Assembly (NCBI GenBank): GCA_963813715.1
Contig: CAWFAK010000006.1
Span: forward strand, 1 to 64,000
Direction of reading: 5' to 3'
From: an uncultured Planctomycetaceae bacterium
GTDB lineage: Bacteria; Planctomycetota; Planctomycetia; Planctomycetales; Planctomycetaceae
Length of the DNA stretch: 64,000 nt
The position numbers and the translations under genes are program-made. Each line of letters starts with the position of its first letter. Within the stretch, counting starts at the first letter, position 1. Of the stretch, positions 9,850 through 20,487 are shown one piece after another. The notes below the pieces were generated by a model. That model did no database searches. It saw only the letters and a list, made by a program, of their open reading frames with translations, and was not told the DNA's origin.

Positions 9850-11266
9850 CTATTTGCTCAGCTCTGGGATTGGCCGGCCGCCCTCGGTGATGATCGACTG
9901 AGGTCTGCCTTTCAGATCGGTCCACTGAGAGTCGAGGTCGATGCCCAGGTGGCGGTACACCGTGGCCCCCAGATCAGACGGCGTTACGCGGCCATCCTTG
10001 ACCTCGCCACCCTTGGCGTCCGTGCTGCCCACGACCTGGCCATGGGTCAGGCCGCCGCCGGCCACCAGCATCGACATGCAGTTGGACCAGTGTTCGCGGC
10101 CGCCCGTGCCCCTCTGCGAGAAAGTCGGCGACCGCCCAAACTCGCCCAGCGCCAGCACCAGGGTATCGTCGAGCAGGCCGCGTGCTTCCAGGTCTCTTAC
10201 CAGGGCGTACAGCGCTTGGTCCAGTCGCGGCAGCAGCGGCTTCAACCCTTTGACGAGTCCTCCCCAAACGACGTCGTCGCCGTGATTATCAAAGTAGCCG
10301 AATATGGGGCTGAGGGTGACAAACGTGACCCCGGCCTCGACGAGCCGCCGCGCCAGGAGCATCTTTTCGCCGAAACTGTTGCGGCCGTAGGTTTCGCGGA
10401 CCCGGTCGGGCTCCAGGTCCAGGCGGAACGCCTGCCGCGCCTTGCCGGAGAGGACCATCTCCAGGGCCTGCCGGCGGTAATGCTCCATCCGAGCCATTCT
10501 GTCGCTGGCGTCCAGGTCGCGCCGAAGCCGGTCGAACTCCCGGCAAAGCGCCGCCCGCTCCTGGGCCCGGGCCACCTTGACGCCACGCGGCAGCGTAAGT
10601 CGGCCAGCAAGTTCGGCAGCGTCGGCCGCCTCGTAGCGCGCCGCCCAACGGGCCGGCACCCAGGACGTCGGCGAAAAAGAGGTTCAGGTCTGCCATGCCG
10701 ACGAAGGCCGGCATTTCCGGGTCGTTCGGCCCCCGGAACCGGGCGGCGACCGAGCCCATCGACGGGTGTGTGCCGAAGTGGGGGTCGGTCTTGCTGCGTT
10801 GGGCCAGGGGGTTGCCCGCCTGCATGGGTGCGGGGAAGTGGTCGATGCTGGCCCGGCAATCGACCGACCGGACCAGCGCCAGGCGGTCCGCAATGGTTGC
10901 CTGAAGCGGAAAGTATTCGGAGATGCGGACCCCCGGAACCTTGGTGGCGATGGACCCGAACGGGCCGCGCACCTCGCCGGGAGCGTCGGGCTTGGGGTCC
11001 CAGGTGTCGAGCTGGCTGGGCCCACCAGACAGCCAGATCAGGATCACCGCCTTGCGGTCAGCCCGGCCCGCAGCGGCCCCTCGCGCCCGGCAGCGCAGCA
11101 AGTCCGGCAGCGACAGCCCGGCCAGCCCCGCGAGTCCCGTCTGCAGGAACCATCGCCGCGAGCCGACTCGAATCAGGTCGGAGGCGGCTGGCTGTAGGGG
11201 AGAATGACAGACGGCGGAGGCGTGCTCCGCGTCGTGGCGGCCGGTGTGGGACGTCGTTGTCATCAT
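9850..11266 (-). CDS. DUF1501 domain protein (one frameshift ~10640)
   Basis: 'SRRWFLQTG', 'VILIWLSGGPSQLDTWDPKP', 'LLARRLVEAGVTFV' and 'GEFGRSP...GREHW'. Confidence 0.9.
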
Positions 11267-11628
11267 TGCCCTCCTGGCCAAGGCACTGCCGACTGAAGAA
11301 CGCACCGTTTACGTGATTATCCCGGGCCGCTCGTCTCTTGACCATTCACGACGCAGCACACCCGGAACAAAGGATGCGACGCTGCCTAACCACGAGCAGC
11401 GCAGTAGAGCCCTGGGGGGGTCGATTCCTGCAGGAGGACAGGGAGCGTGGCGCCGGAGCCCCACGATCCCGACTGGCCGCTGTCGGCGTTTCTCACCGAA
11501 TTGACACGGGCCGCCAGAGGGCGGAACGGGTCGAACGCAACCAGGCTCTGAACGAAGGCTCGCTTTTGTGTTTTCTCGTCGAGGGGAATGAACTCCGGCT
11601 GAAGCTCGAATCGTCCGGCCGGCATTCG

Positions 11629-12104
11629 TCAACACGGGCTGTTGACTATTGATGTACTCTCCACGGAGACGAACGACGGCGCACGGCCGCGCTGCCATCC
11701 GGATTTTGCACAATTCCAACGATCTTCGTAGACGGACGACCCCCAAATCCACGGGTGGTGCCAGTGATGCCAATGATGGTCGGATTGGAGCTGGTGCTGG
11801 ACCTTGGAGCCATGCGTCGCGAAATCGGCGCTCAGAGTGTGCCGCGCCGGCCGGATGGGCCCCTCCCTTGAACTGCGAAGCTCCGCCCGAGCGGGAAGTT
11901 CCACCGGAGATGGAACGGCCGGACGTGCCCGAACCTGACGATGTCGAGCGGGTGCTGCCCGTGTGGCTCACACCGGACGAATGGGAGGAGCTGCTCGAAG
12001 CGCGCCGGCGGCCTCGAAGGCTCGCCGGCCCAACCCCAAAAGGCCAACGACGCGCAGCCAATCGAGGCTCCGATGATGGAAGCCCCCAAGACCTGCCTTC
12101 GCAT
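11629..12104 (-). pseudogene. remnant or frameshifted secreted Ser/Gly-rich, His/Trp-rich low-complexity protein
   Basis: GGAGGA RBS, ATG at 12104, signal-like 'MRRQVLGASIIGASIGCASLAFWG', then Ser/Gly-rich and 'HHWHHWHHPWIWG' segments in other frames. Confidence 0.4.
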
Positions 12105-12337
12105 GCAATCCTCCGCGTGATCCCGAGTCCCCAGCCTCCGGCCGCGTCCGGTCTGGTCCAATAGTTTCGCCGACGCATCAAGACGGGCCGACGCGCCGAC
12201 TCATTCGAGAGGCGGTCACCAAAAGCAAGCCGGCCCGAAGGAGGCTTGAGCGGTTGCCGCGGACCTTCCCGATGTCCGTGCCCGGCCTCCTGGGTGTCCA
12301 TGCGTACCACGCTCGGCCCGAAAATGCAACATTTTTT

Positions 12338-12361
12338 GTCGTCGCCGGTTAGCCTGTTACA
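12338..12361 (-). promoter_or_regulatory. putative ECF-type promoter TGTAAC-N14-CGAC
   Basis: Reverse complement of 12338-12361; points to the 12104 start. Confidence 0.35.
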
Positions 12362-12812
12362 GCAGTCTGTCGGGGGCGGAAAAATCCTGCCCGCGCCCGG
12401 AATTTGTGCCGTGCCCCGGCGACCTGCAGCGTCGGGAGCCACTCGCAAAAAGTTCGGCACGTTCAGACGCCGCCGTTTGGCGAACGACTCTCGGAAAGTC
12501 GGCTTCTTGGCGACGGTCTCAGCGCGGGCGTTGGTCGTGCTGTAGCCGACCTTGGGGTCTTCGGCCGCGGAAAGGGATCAGCCACAGGCGCATCATCGAC
12601 TCGCGGTGCTTGTCGACCTGGCGGACGCCGGCCGCTTGCGAAGTCAGAGCGATGTTGAAGCGGGGCGTCAACTCGGGTTCACGGAGGAGTGCGAACACCT
12701 CCACGAGGTCGGCCGGGTTGGTCCGTCCGCAGGATTTGCCTCGAATTCGGGGGGGCGCTCAGCTAGCCTGAATCTCGTTCGTAGACCGCTCTCATTCACA
12801 AGCATCTGGGCT

Positions 12813-13379
12813 ATGGGCGAGGCCACACGCATTCTTTGCGCGATCGAGTCGGGGGACCCGACCGCGGCAGAGGATTTGTTGCCGCTCGTCTATGCCGAGC
12901 TGCGAAAACTTGCCGCGCTACGGCTGGCCCAGGAGAAGCCCGGACAGACGCTGCAAGCGACGGCGCTCGTGCACGAGGCTTTTCTTCGCCTGGTCGACGG
13001 CGAGAAGGTTCAGCAATGGAGCAGTCGTAGACATTTCTTTGCCGCGGCAGCTGAATCGATGAGGCGGATTCTCGTCGACAACGCGCGTCGCAAGCGACGA
13101 CCGAAGCTGGGCGGGGATCGGAAGCGCGTCGAATTCGACGAGGCCTGTTCGTTCGGAGAGGAACGCATCGACCAATTGCTGTCGCTTCACGAGGCGCTGG
13201 AAAAGCTGGAAAGGGAGTCGCCCGAGAAAGCTGAGCTGGTCAAGCTGCGGTACTTCGCCGGGCTTTCCCATCAGGAGGCCGCAATGGCCCTCGGAATTGC
13301 GCGTGCAACCGCCGATCGCTATTGGGCTTACGCCAGGGTGTTCCTTTATTCCGCGATTGAGGATGCCGAACAAACCTGA
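12813..13379 (+). CDS. ECF RNA polymerase sigma factor, TIGR02999 (planctomycete) type
   Basis: 'LLPLVYAELRKLAA..L..EKPGQTLQATALVHEAFLRL' and 'HFFAAAAESMRRILVDNARRK'. Confidence 0.95.
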   Translation: MGEATRILCAIESGDPTAAEDLLPLVYAELRKLAALRLAQEKPGQTLQATALVHEAFLRLVDGEKVQQWSSRRHFFAAAAESMRRILVDNARRKRRPKLGGDRKRVEFDEACSFGEERIDQLLSLHEALEKLERESPEKAELVKLRYFAGLSHQEAAMALGIARATADRYWAYARVFLYSAIEDAEQT

Positions 13380-13397
13380 CGAAATTGCCCGCCGCGC

Positions 13398-13425
13398 GAG
13401 GCAAATTGTCGTCGAAAGTCGCCAC
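13398..13425 (+). promoter_or_regulatory. ECF promoter motif copy 1 (GAGGCAAA-N13-TCGCCAC)
   Basis: GAGGCAAA ttgtcgtcgaaag TCGCCAC, between the sigma and kinase genes. Confidence 0.75.
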
Positions 13426-13430
13426 GGTGT

Positions 13431-16400
13431 ATGGGACGAATGTCAGGAATCGACCCCGTGGACCGCGTCACGCCCAGCATCGACGAGATCTACTTCGCCG
13501 CACTCGAGAAACCGACGAGTGGAGAACGATGCGCCTACCTGGATCAGGCCTGCGCAGGCGATGAAGAGCTGCGCCGCCGTGTCGAAAGGTTACTGTGCGC
13601 CGAATCTAAAGTCGGCGATTTTCTAGAGTCTCCCGCGCCGGAGATTGCCGCGGCGTTCGTTCCATCGCCCGCCGAATGCGCAGGCACCGTGATCGGCCCC
13701 TACACGTTGTTGGAGCAGATCGGCGAGGGGGGGTTCGGCATCGTCTACATCGCCGATCAGGAGGCTCCGGTCCGGCGGCAAGTGGCGCTCAAGATCGTCC
13801 GGCCCGGCATGGACACGCATCAGGTCCTCGCGCGATTCAAGGCCGAGCTCGAGGCCTTGTCGTTGATGGACCACCCAAACATCGCCCGGGTCCTCGATGC
13901 CGGGGCGACCGATGCGGGGCGACCCTACTTCGTAATGGAACTCGTCCGCGGCGTTCCCATCACGGAATATTGCGACCAGAACCATCTTTCCGTCCACGCG
14001 CGGCTCGATCTGTTCGTGCAAGTCTGTCACGCCGTGCAGCACGCCCACCAGAAGGGGATCATTCACCGGGATATCAAGCCCTCGAACGTGTTGGTCACGC
14101 AACATGGCGGACGACCCGTGCCGAAGGTCATCGACTTCGGCGTTGCCAAGGCGATCGACCGGCAGCGGACCCCAGAGACGCATTTCACGCGGATGGCCGA
14201 GATGATCGGCACTCCGCTCTATATGAGTCCTGAACAGGCGGCGATGACCAGCCTCGATATCGACACGCGCAGCGACATTTATTCGCTGGGTGTGCTGCTG
14301 TACGAGCTGCTCACCGGCAGCACGCCGTTCGACCCCGATCGCCTGCACGACGCAGCCTTCGACGAGATCCGCCGCATCATTCGGGAGGAGGAGCCGCCCA
14401 AGCCGAGCACCCGAATCGGCGCGATGGGCAAGACGCTTACGGTGGTGGCGGCACGACGACATTCCGACCCCGATCGCCTGAGCCAGCTCGTGCGCGGCGA
14501 CTTGGACTGGATCGTGATGAAGTCGCTGGAAAAGGACCGCTCTCGCCGGTACGAAACCGCCAACAGCCTGGCGCTCGACGTGCAGCGCGTATCTGGCCGA
14601 CGAACCCGTGCAGGCCTCGCCTCCGTCGGCCGGATACCGGCTACGCAAATTTGTGCGGCGGAATAAAGGAATGGTGCTGGCCGCCTCGGCCGTGTTGCTG
14701 GCGCTGGTTGCGGGCATCATCGGCACGACCTGGGGCATGGTCCGCGCGACGGAGGCAGAAGCCGACGCAGTGCAAGCCGCGAAGCAAAAGCAGATTGCAC
14801 TGGCGATCGCCCAAGAGAGCGAACGGAAAAAGTCGGAACAACTCTGGGAATCACTCGTGGCGCAGGCACGCGCGCATCGCCTGAGTCGACGCCCGGGCCA
14901 GCGATTCGAGAGCCTCGAGACTTTGAAGGAGGCAACGCAACTGGCCCGGACGCTGGAGCTGCCCCCGGCCAACTTCCAAGAGCTGCGAAACGCCGCCATC
15001 GCCGCTCTGGCTGTCCCCGATCTTTATCTGGACGGGCCCAGGAATACTTGGCCGGCTGATGCGTTGGACGTCGATTTCGACGAAGCGCATGTCATCTATG
15101 CCCGCACCGATCGAGCCGGCAGCTGCAGCATCCGTCGCGTCGCCGATGACGTCGAGACCAGCCGGCTGCCGGCATTGGGCTGGCCTGCTCGGCCCTGTTT
15201 GAGCCGCGACGGCAAGTACATCGCCATCACCCAATTCAATCGCAGTGTCAGCATGCAGACGGCTCTGCATGTGTGGCAGTTGGACGGACCGAAGCCACGC
15301 CAAATCTTGTCTGAGCCGAAAGCGCGCTGGGCTGACTTCCGAGGTTCGCAACAAGTCGCGCTCGGGTACAAGGACGGCTCGATCGGGCTTTTCGACCTGC
15401 CCAGCGCCCGTCAAATCAGTCGGCTGGCACCCGAGACCATCACAAACGCAATCATGATCGCCCTGCACCCGACAGAGCCGCTCGTGGCGGCGGCTTCGTA
15501 CATCGATCAGGTTCTGCAACTTCGCGATCTGGGAACCGGCAAAGTGCTCGCTTCGGAACGGCAAGACGACCGCCCTCTGGCTCTGGCCTGGCATCCCGAC
15601 GGGCGGACACTCGCCGTCGGAACCAATCGACGTCAAATTCGCCTTTACGATCGAAGAACCCGGCAGGTCTACCGAACGCTCGAAACCGATTTCTTTCCAA
15701 CCTCGATGGCATTCGACCCCGTCGGTGACCGCCTCGCCGCCAACGAGTATGGCTTGAACATGGAGTTGCTCCGTGTGGCCACGGGTGAGAGGTTGATGAG
15801 GGCCCCGTCGACCCTGAGCGCGTGCCGCTTCAATCACGATGGGCTGCGATTGGCGGGTGGTGTCCAGCATGGGACGCTCGGAATCTGGCGCGTCGCCGGA
15901 AGTCAGGAATTCCGCACATTGGCCCGCAGCAAACCATTGCCCAAAAATGGAGAGTACTACGGTGTCGCTCTGCACCCGGACGGCCGAATGCTCGCCTGTG
16001 CCATGACCGACGGTTTCGGCCTCTGGGACCTGGAGAACGGCGTAGAGATCGGCTTCATCCCCAGTGACTGGGGCAACAACCGCGTTCTGTTTGAACCGTC
16101 CGGATCGCTTTTGACGCTCTCCTTTACGGGCCTCTCTCGCTGGCCAATTAGTAAGGGTTTGGAGGCGACGGACGCATTGTCGATCGGCCCACCCGAGCGG
16201 CTGCCTCTGCCCAACGGCGAGGGCCTGGCTCAGAGCCGTGACGGCCGCGTCACCGTAACCTGCGATCGGGCGGTTGCGACTCAGCAACCTTACGCGGGTG
16301 GATGGATCCTCCGCAGCGACCGTCCACCGATCCGCCTCGACCCCGGCGCGGATGTCGACCACATTGCCGTCAGTCCCGATGGCCGCTGGGTCGCTACCGC

Positions 16401-16977
16401 TACGCACGTGGTCGGATCGGCCAAGATTTGGGACGCTCGCGACGGACGATTCGTCAGGCAAGTGGCCGATTGGGGTGCCACTTTCCCGCGATTCAGCCCC
16501 GACGGACGCTGGCTGTCGACTCGGCTGGACGGCGGACGTCTCTTTGCCGTGGGCACGTGGAAACCGGGGTTGCGCCTCGGCGAAAACCCAGTGTTCGATC
16601 CCAATAGCAAACTTGCGGGTGTTCCCACGCCGGCCGGCCTGCGCTTGTTGGAAGTCGCTTCCGCCCAGGAGGTCGCCGTGCTGGAGGATCCCAACCTGGA
16701 CCCGATCATTCATGCCGTGTTCACGCCGGACGGGGCGAGGCTGGTCGCTGTGTCTTTCAAGGAGATTCACGTCTGGGACTTGCGGCTCATCCGCCAGCAG
16801 TTGAAGGATATGGGTCTCGACTGGGACTCGCCCGAGTTCCCGCCTGCGGCTGCCAGACGCGGCAGCCTGGAGCCTTTGAAAGTGGAAATCCGCCTCGGCG
16901 ATCAGTGGGTGGCCGAACCCCCAGAGGACCCCGCGGACAAGAAGCCGCCCGAGTCGCAACCGAAGCCGGGTTCATAA
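13431..16977 (+). CDS. Hanks-type Ser/Thr protein kinase with TM helix and WD40/beta-propeller C-terminus (frameshift ~14590)
   Basis: GEGGFG, VALK, HRDIKPSN, DFG and GTPLYMSPE; TM 'VLAASAVLLALVAGIIGTTWGMV'; repeated 'SPDGRW', 'HPDGR' and 'WD' units. Confidence 0.93.
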
Positions 16978-17105
16978 GCTGCAGCGAGAAGACGCTCCCT
17001 TTCTCGCGACCAGTCGCCGCTGCGACTGGCGCGCTCAGCCGCCTTGCGAGGCACGGCAGCGCGACATCCGCGCGCCAAAAAACGGAAGAACCTTGCCAAA
17101 GGCGT

Positions 17106-17133
17106 GAGGCAAATCGGGATCAAAACTCGCCAC
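17106..17133 (+). promoter_or_regulatory. ECF promoter motif copy 2
   Basis: GAGGCAAA tcgggatcaaaac TCGCCAC, with an upstream A-tract. Confidence 0.75.
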
Positions 17134-17311
17134 TGAATACAGCGACGAGTCTTGCTCCGCGGCGACCGACCCTGAACCGGCAGCAAAACACGCGTGTCGA
17201 TCGGCCGCTGGGATTAGGACGAAGCGGCGCTCAATAACGCCGAAAGCGTTCGATGGACCAGTCTCGACGCTGCGAAATCCTTTGTGCCTAACTTTTAGCG
17301 AAAGCAATCTC

Positions 17312-18184
17312 ATGAGCAGTACCCAATGGCGGCGGTGGCTCAGTTGCATCCCCATGAATCGCCCGAAGTGCACGCGCCGCAGAATGGCGAACAAGCGAGC
17401 GATCCTGTCCGACGCCCCCGCGGAGGTCCTGGAAAGCCGGCAGCTTTTGACGGCGGCGGGGGTCCCCTACCTGGTCTTCGCGGTGCAGCCGCAAAACTCC
17501 ATCGCTGGACACACCCTTTCCTTCACGGTGGATGTCATGATCCGCCGCGGGACCAAACTTGGCACTAAGCCGGTGGTCGATACTGCCTTTAACAGCGAGT
17601 GCGTTGTCAGCCCCTTCACCCCGACGACGAGCGGCGCGCCGTCGGCGTTCGACACGCCGTACAACTTCCCGGTGACCCCGGGTCCAAACTCCCGGATCGG
17701 TCCTATCGAGATGAACTTCGTCAACGGCGTCGCAAATACAGCAAATAACGAGCTTCCGGTTGCGTTGGACGTGGCCGGCAAATATCAACTGAGCGCAATC
17801 GCTATCAGCACGCAGCTGCCAGAAGTCAGCTCCAAGAGTTTCACGATCTCGCCGTTCACGGCCACCGATCGTCTCGTCTTTCTCAAGGCGCCGAGCGAGG
17901 TCACCGTCGATACTCCGTTCAGCGCGACCGTTGCCGTGGAAGACCAGTACGGCAACATCGACACCAGCGTGAACAACGTCCCCATCAGCCTGCTGGCCGC
18001 TCCCGGCAACCTCTCCAAGTCCGAAATCATGGATGGGGAAGCGACGTTCAACGATGCGTACTTCGTGGCGTCCGGCGACGACCCGCTGCTGGCGATCGCC
18101 ACACCGCCCACTGGTGCACCTCTCGTTGGGAGCGCTGCTGTGCTGGTCCTGAATTCGAATGGCGGATTAGGAGGATCAAGTTGA
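17312..18184 (+). CDS. secreted protein with planctomycete LExRxLL leader and two Ig-like repeats
   Basis: 'RRRMANKR...AEVLESRQLLT'; two 'LVF...P......F..TV' units; paralog of 20488..21342. Confidence 0.75.
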   Translation: MSSTQWRRWLSCIPMNRPKCTRRRMANKRAILSDAPAEVLESRQLLTAAGVPYLVFAVQPQNSIAGHTLSFTVDVMIRRGTKLGTKPVVDTAFNSECVVSPFTPTTSGAPSAFDTPYNFPVTPGPNSRIGPIEMNFVNGVANTANNELPVALDVAGKYQLSAIAISTQLPEVSSKSFTISPFTATDRLVFLKAPSEVTVDTPFSATVAVEDQYGNIDTSVNNVPISLLAAPGNLSKSEIMDGEATFNDAYFVASGDDPLLAIATPPTGAPLVGSAAVLVLNSNGGLGGSS

Positions 18185-18266
18185 TCGCCGGTCGGATTGC
18201 GTTGTGAGCGTTCCGCGATCCTCGAGCAGCTCTGTTTCAAAAGCCGAAAAAAGCCGCCAATCGCGT

Positions 18267-18294
18267 GAGGCAAATCGGGGTCGAAACTCGCCAC
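18267..18294 (+). promoter_or_regulatory. ECF promoter motif copy 3
   Basis: GAGGCAAA tcggggtcgaaac TCGCCAC, with an upstream A-tract. Confidence 0.75.
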
Positions 18295-18358
18295 CGAACA
18301 CAGGGACGAGTTTTGCCGGCCTCCGGAGTCGAATTTTCAGCACAGAAAGGCGCTGGCC

Positions 18359-20038
18359 ATGTTGTTGACCTCTCTGAAGCAGTTCTGTGACAGTGTGCGG
18401 ACCGGGAAGCCGCCTGCTCGTCGCCGCGCGCGGCTGGGGCGTGCGTATCCGGGACGTGCGTGTGCGGCCGACGTGTTGGAGTCACGCGTGCTCTTGGCCG
18501 CCACCTTGTGGGTCGATCCCGCGCACGCCGGCAACTTTGCGTCGATTTCGAGCGCTGTGGCTGCCGCCGTCCCCGGCGACACCATCAAGGTCGTCCCCGG
18601 CATTTACCAGGAAACCGTCATCGTCCCGGCGACCCTCACGAACCTGACAATTGTAGGCGGCCAGGCTCAGTTCGCCGGACAGAAGGGCCCCTCGATCGTC
18701 GAGAGCGATGGTGTGGCAATCGCGCTCGAAGCCAATGACGTCACGGTCAAGGGATTCACCGTCGAACCCGAGACGTCGGCGGGCGTCTTCACCGCTAATG
18801 GGATCAGGATGGACGCCAACTCCGGCGATTCGGTCCTCAACAACGTGGTCGAAGACGAACAGGTCGGCATTTGGGTGAACACCCTCCCGGGTAGTGTGGC
18901 CGACGAACTGATTAGCGGCAACACGGTCGAAGAGAACCTCTACGGTATTCTTGTCTACGGGAGTGGAAATACCGTCTCCGGAAATACCGCCGCCTTCAAT
19001 GGCGGCTCGCCGAGCGGCACCCCGATTGGTGGCGGCATCGTCGTTAGCACCACTGGTTCGATCGTGCTCTCGGGCAACACGGTGAACAATAACGCTGTGG
19101 CTGGAATCAATGTCACGGCCGGCAGCACGGCGACCATAACCGGCAACAAGGTGGACAACAGCAGTTCAAGTCCGGGCATCGTCGTCAACGACAGCACGGG
19201 CACTGCCGTTGTTGAATCGAATACCGCCAACGCGAACGCGGGCGACGGCATCGATGTCACGAGTCAGGCGGCGACCGTCACCGGCAACACGGCGAACAGC
19301 AACGCCGGGAACGGGTTCGGCATCGTTACCACGGGCTCCGCGACCACGAGCGTCAATACGGCTAAGGGCAACGAATTTGTCGGGCTCGATGTCCAGGGTG
19401 CTACAGCCACAGTCGAAGGCAACACGGCCAGCGGCAACGAGGTCGGTGTGGACGTGGTGACGACCGGGCAGGCCACCGTGCTTGATAACACAACCAACAA
19501 GAATGTCCTCGGGCTGGGGATCATTTCGGGCCCGGTCACCGCCACGGGCAACACGGCGGATTCGAATAGCGGCACCGGAATGTTGGTTGCCGCTACGTCC
19601 GGCACAGTCAGCAACAACACGGCCGATTCGAATTTGGGATCGGCGGCTGCCGGCGGTGCCGGATTCGAGATCACCGGGACCGGGACCGTGACCGTGACCA
19701 ACAACACGGCGTCCAACAATCGGGCAGACGGCTTCTCCCTGTTCTTGCTCGACGGGGCGACGTTCTCGCACAACACGGCCAAGGACAACGGGGACAACGG
19801 GATTGATCTTGTTGATTCCAACAACAATACCCTGTCCGGCAACACGGCCGATGGGAACCTCAACGACGGAATCGTGGCGGAGACCTCTTCAGGCAACGTG
19901 ATCACCAAGAACACGGCCTTGAAGAACGACGTCTACGATCTGGCCGACATGTCGACCGGAGGAACGGGCACGGCCGGCACCGATAACTCCTGGACGGACA
20001 ATACGGCCCACACGGCCAATCCCGCCGGCCTGCTTTGA
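18359..20038 (+). CDS. right-handed parallel beta-helix (NosD/CASH-like) secreted protein with LExRxLL leader
   Basis: 'ADVLESRVLLAA', 'FASISSAVAAAVPGDTIKVVPGIYQE', and many 'GNTA..N...GI.V' repeats. Confidence 0.88.
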   Translation: MLLTSLKQFCDSVRTGKPPARRRARLGRAYPGRACAADVLESRVLLAATLWVDPAHAGNFASISSAVAAAVPGDTIKVVPGIYQETVIVPATLTNLTIVGGQAQFAGQKGPSIVESDGVAIALEANDVTVKGFTVEPETSAGVFTANGIRMDANSGDSVLNNVVEDEQVGIWVNTLPGSVADELISGNTVEENLYGILVYGSGNTVSGNTAAFNGGSPSGTPIGGGIVVSTTGSIVLSGNTVNNNAVAGINVTAGSTATITGNKVDNSSSSPGIVVNDSTGTAVVESNTANANAGDGIDVTSQAATVTGNTANSNAGNGFGIVTTGSATTSVNTAKGNEFVGLDVQGATATVEGNTASGNEVGVDVVTTGQATVLDNTTNKNVLGLGIISGPVTATGNTADSNSGTGMLVAATSGTVSNNTADSNLGSAAAGGAGFEITGTGTVTVTNNTASNNRADGFSLFLLDGATFSHNTAKDNGDNGIDLVDSNNNTLSGNTADGNLNDGIVAETSSGNVITKNTALKNDVYDLADMSTGGTGTAGTDNSWTDNTAHTANPAGLL

Positions 20039-20320
20039 GGCGGCCGATTTTGAATCGCCCCGACGACAAAGCGGCCACTCGAGATCCTTGCGTGCAATGT
20101 GCCAGCGGGCCAATTCCCGCGGCACAGCAGCTAGAGCCGTCGGCGCTCGGCAGTTTCTTCAAAGAGCCCTGCCGAGCGCTCGACTGGCTCGCTGCCCGCG
20201 AAGCGCCCCTTTGGTGACGTGCGCGACCGAAATTGCCAGCCTTCGCCGACTTGAAGCACGCAGCAATTCGACTTCAGGCGCTACCGCGACAAAAAACGAA
20301 ACAAAAAGTGCCGATCGCAT

Positions 20321-20348
20321 GAGGCAAACGACGCTCGAAACTCGCCAC
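20321..20348 (+). promoter_or_regulatory. ECF promoter motif copy 4
   Basis: GAGGCAAA cgacgctcgaaac TCGCCAC, with upstream A-tracts. Confidence 0.75.
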
Positions 20349-20487
20349 TGTGATTGAGACGGGGTTCTTGCGACATCGCGGGAACGTTCCAACGCGGCGC
20401 AACATTCAATGGCAATTGGCGGATCGGGCCCTGACTTGGTCATCGCTCGGCTCGGCCCCAGATCGCGGTCACAAGGAGATCAAGCTC

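Noticed and set aside
18267..18320. GGCAAA...GAAA...GGGACG resembling a c-di-GMP-I riboswitch (also at 58267)
   Set aside because: No conserved stem closes the GAAA and the GACGCAAA/P3 elements are missing; a fixed spacer length with variable sequence fits a promoter better.
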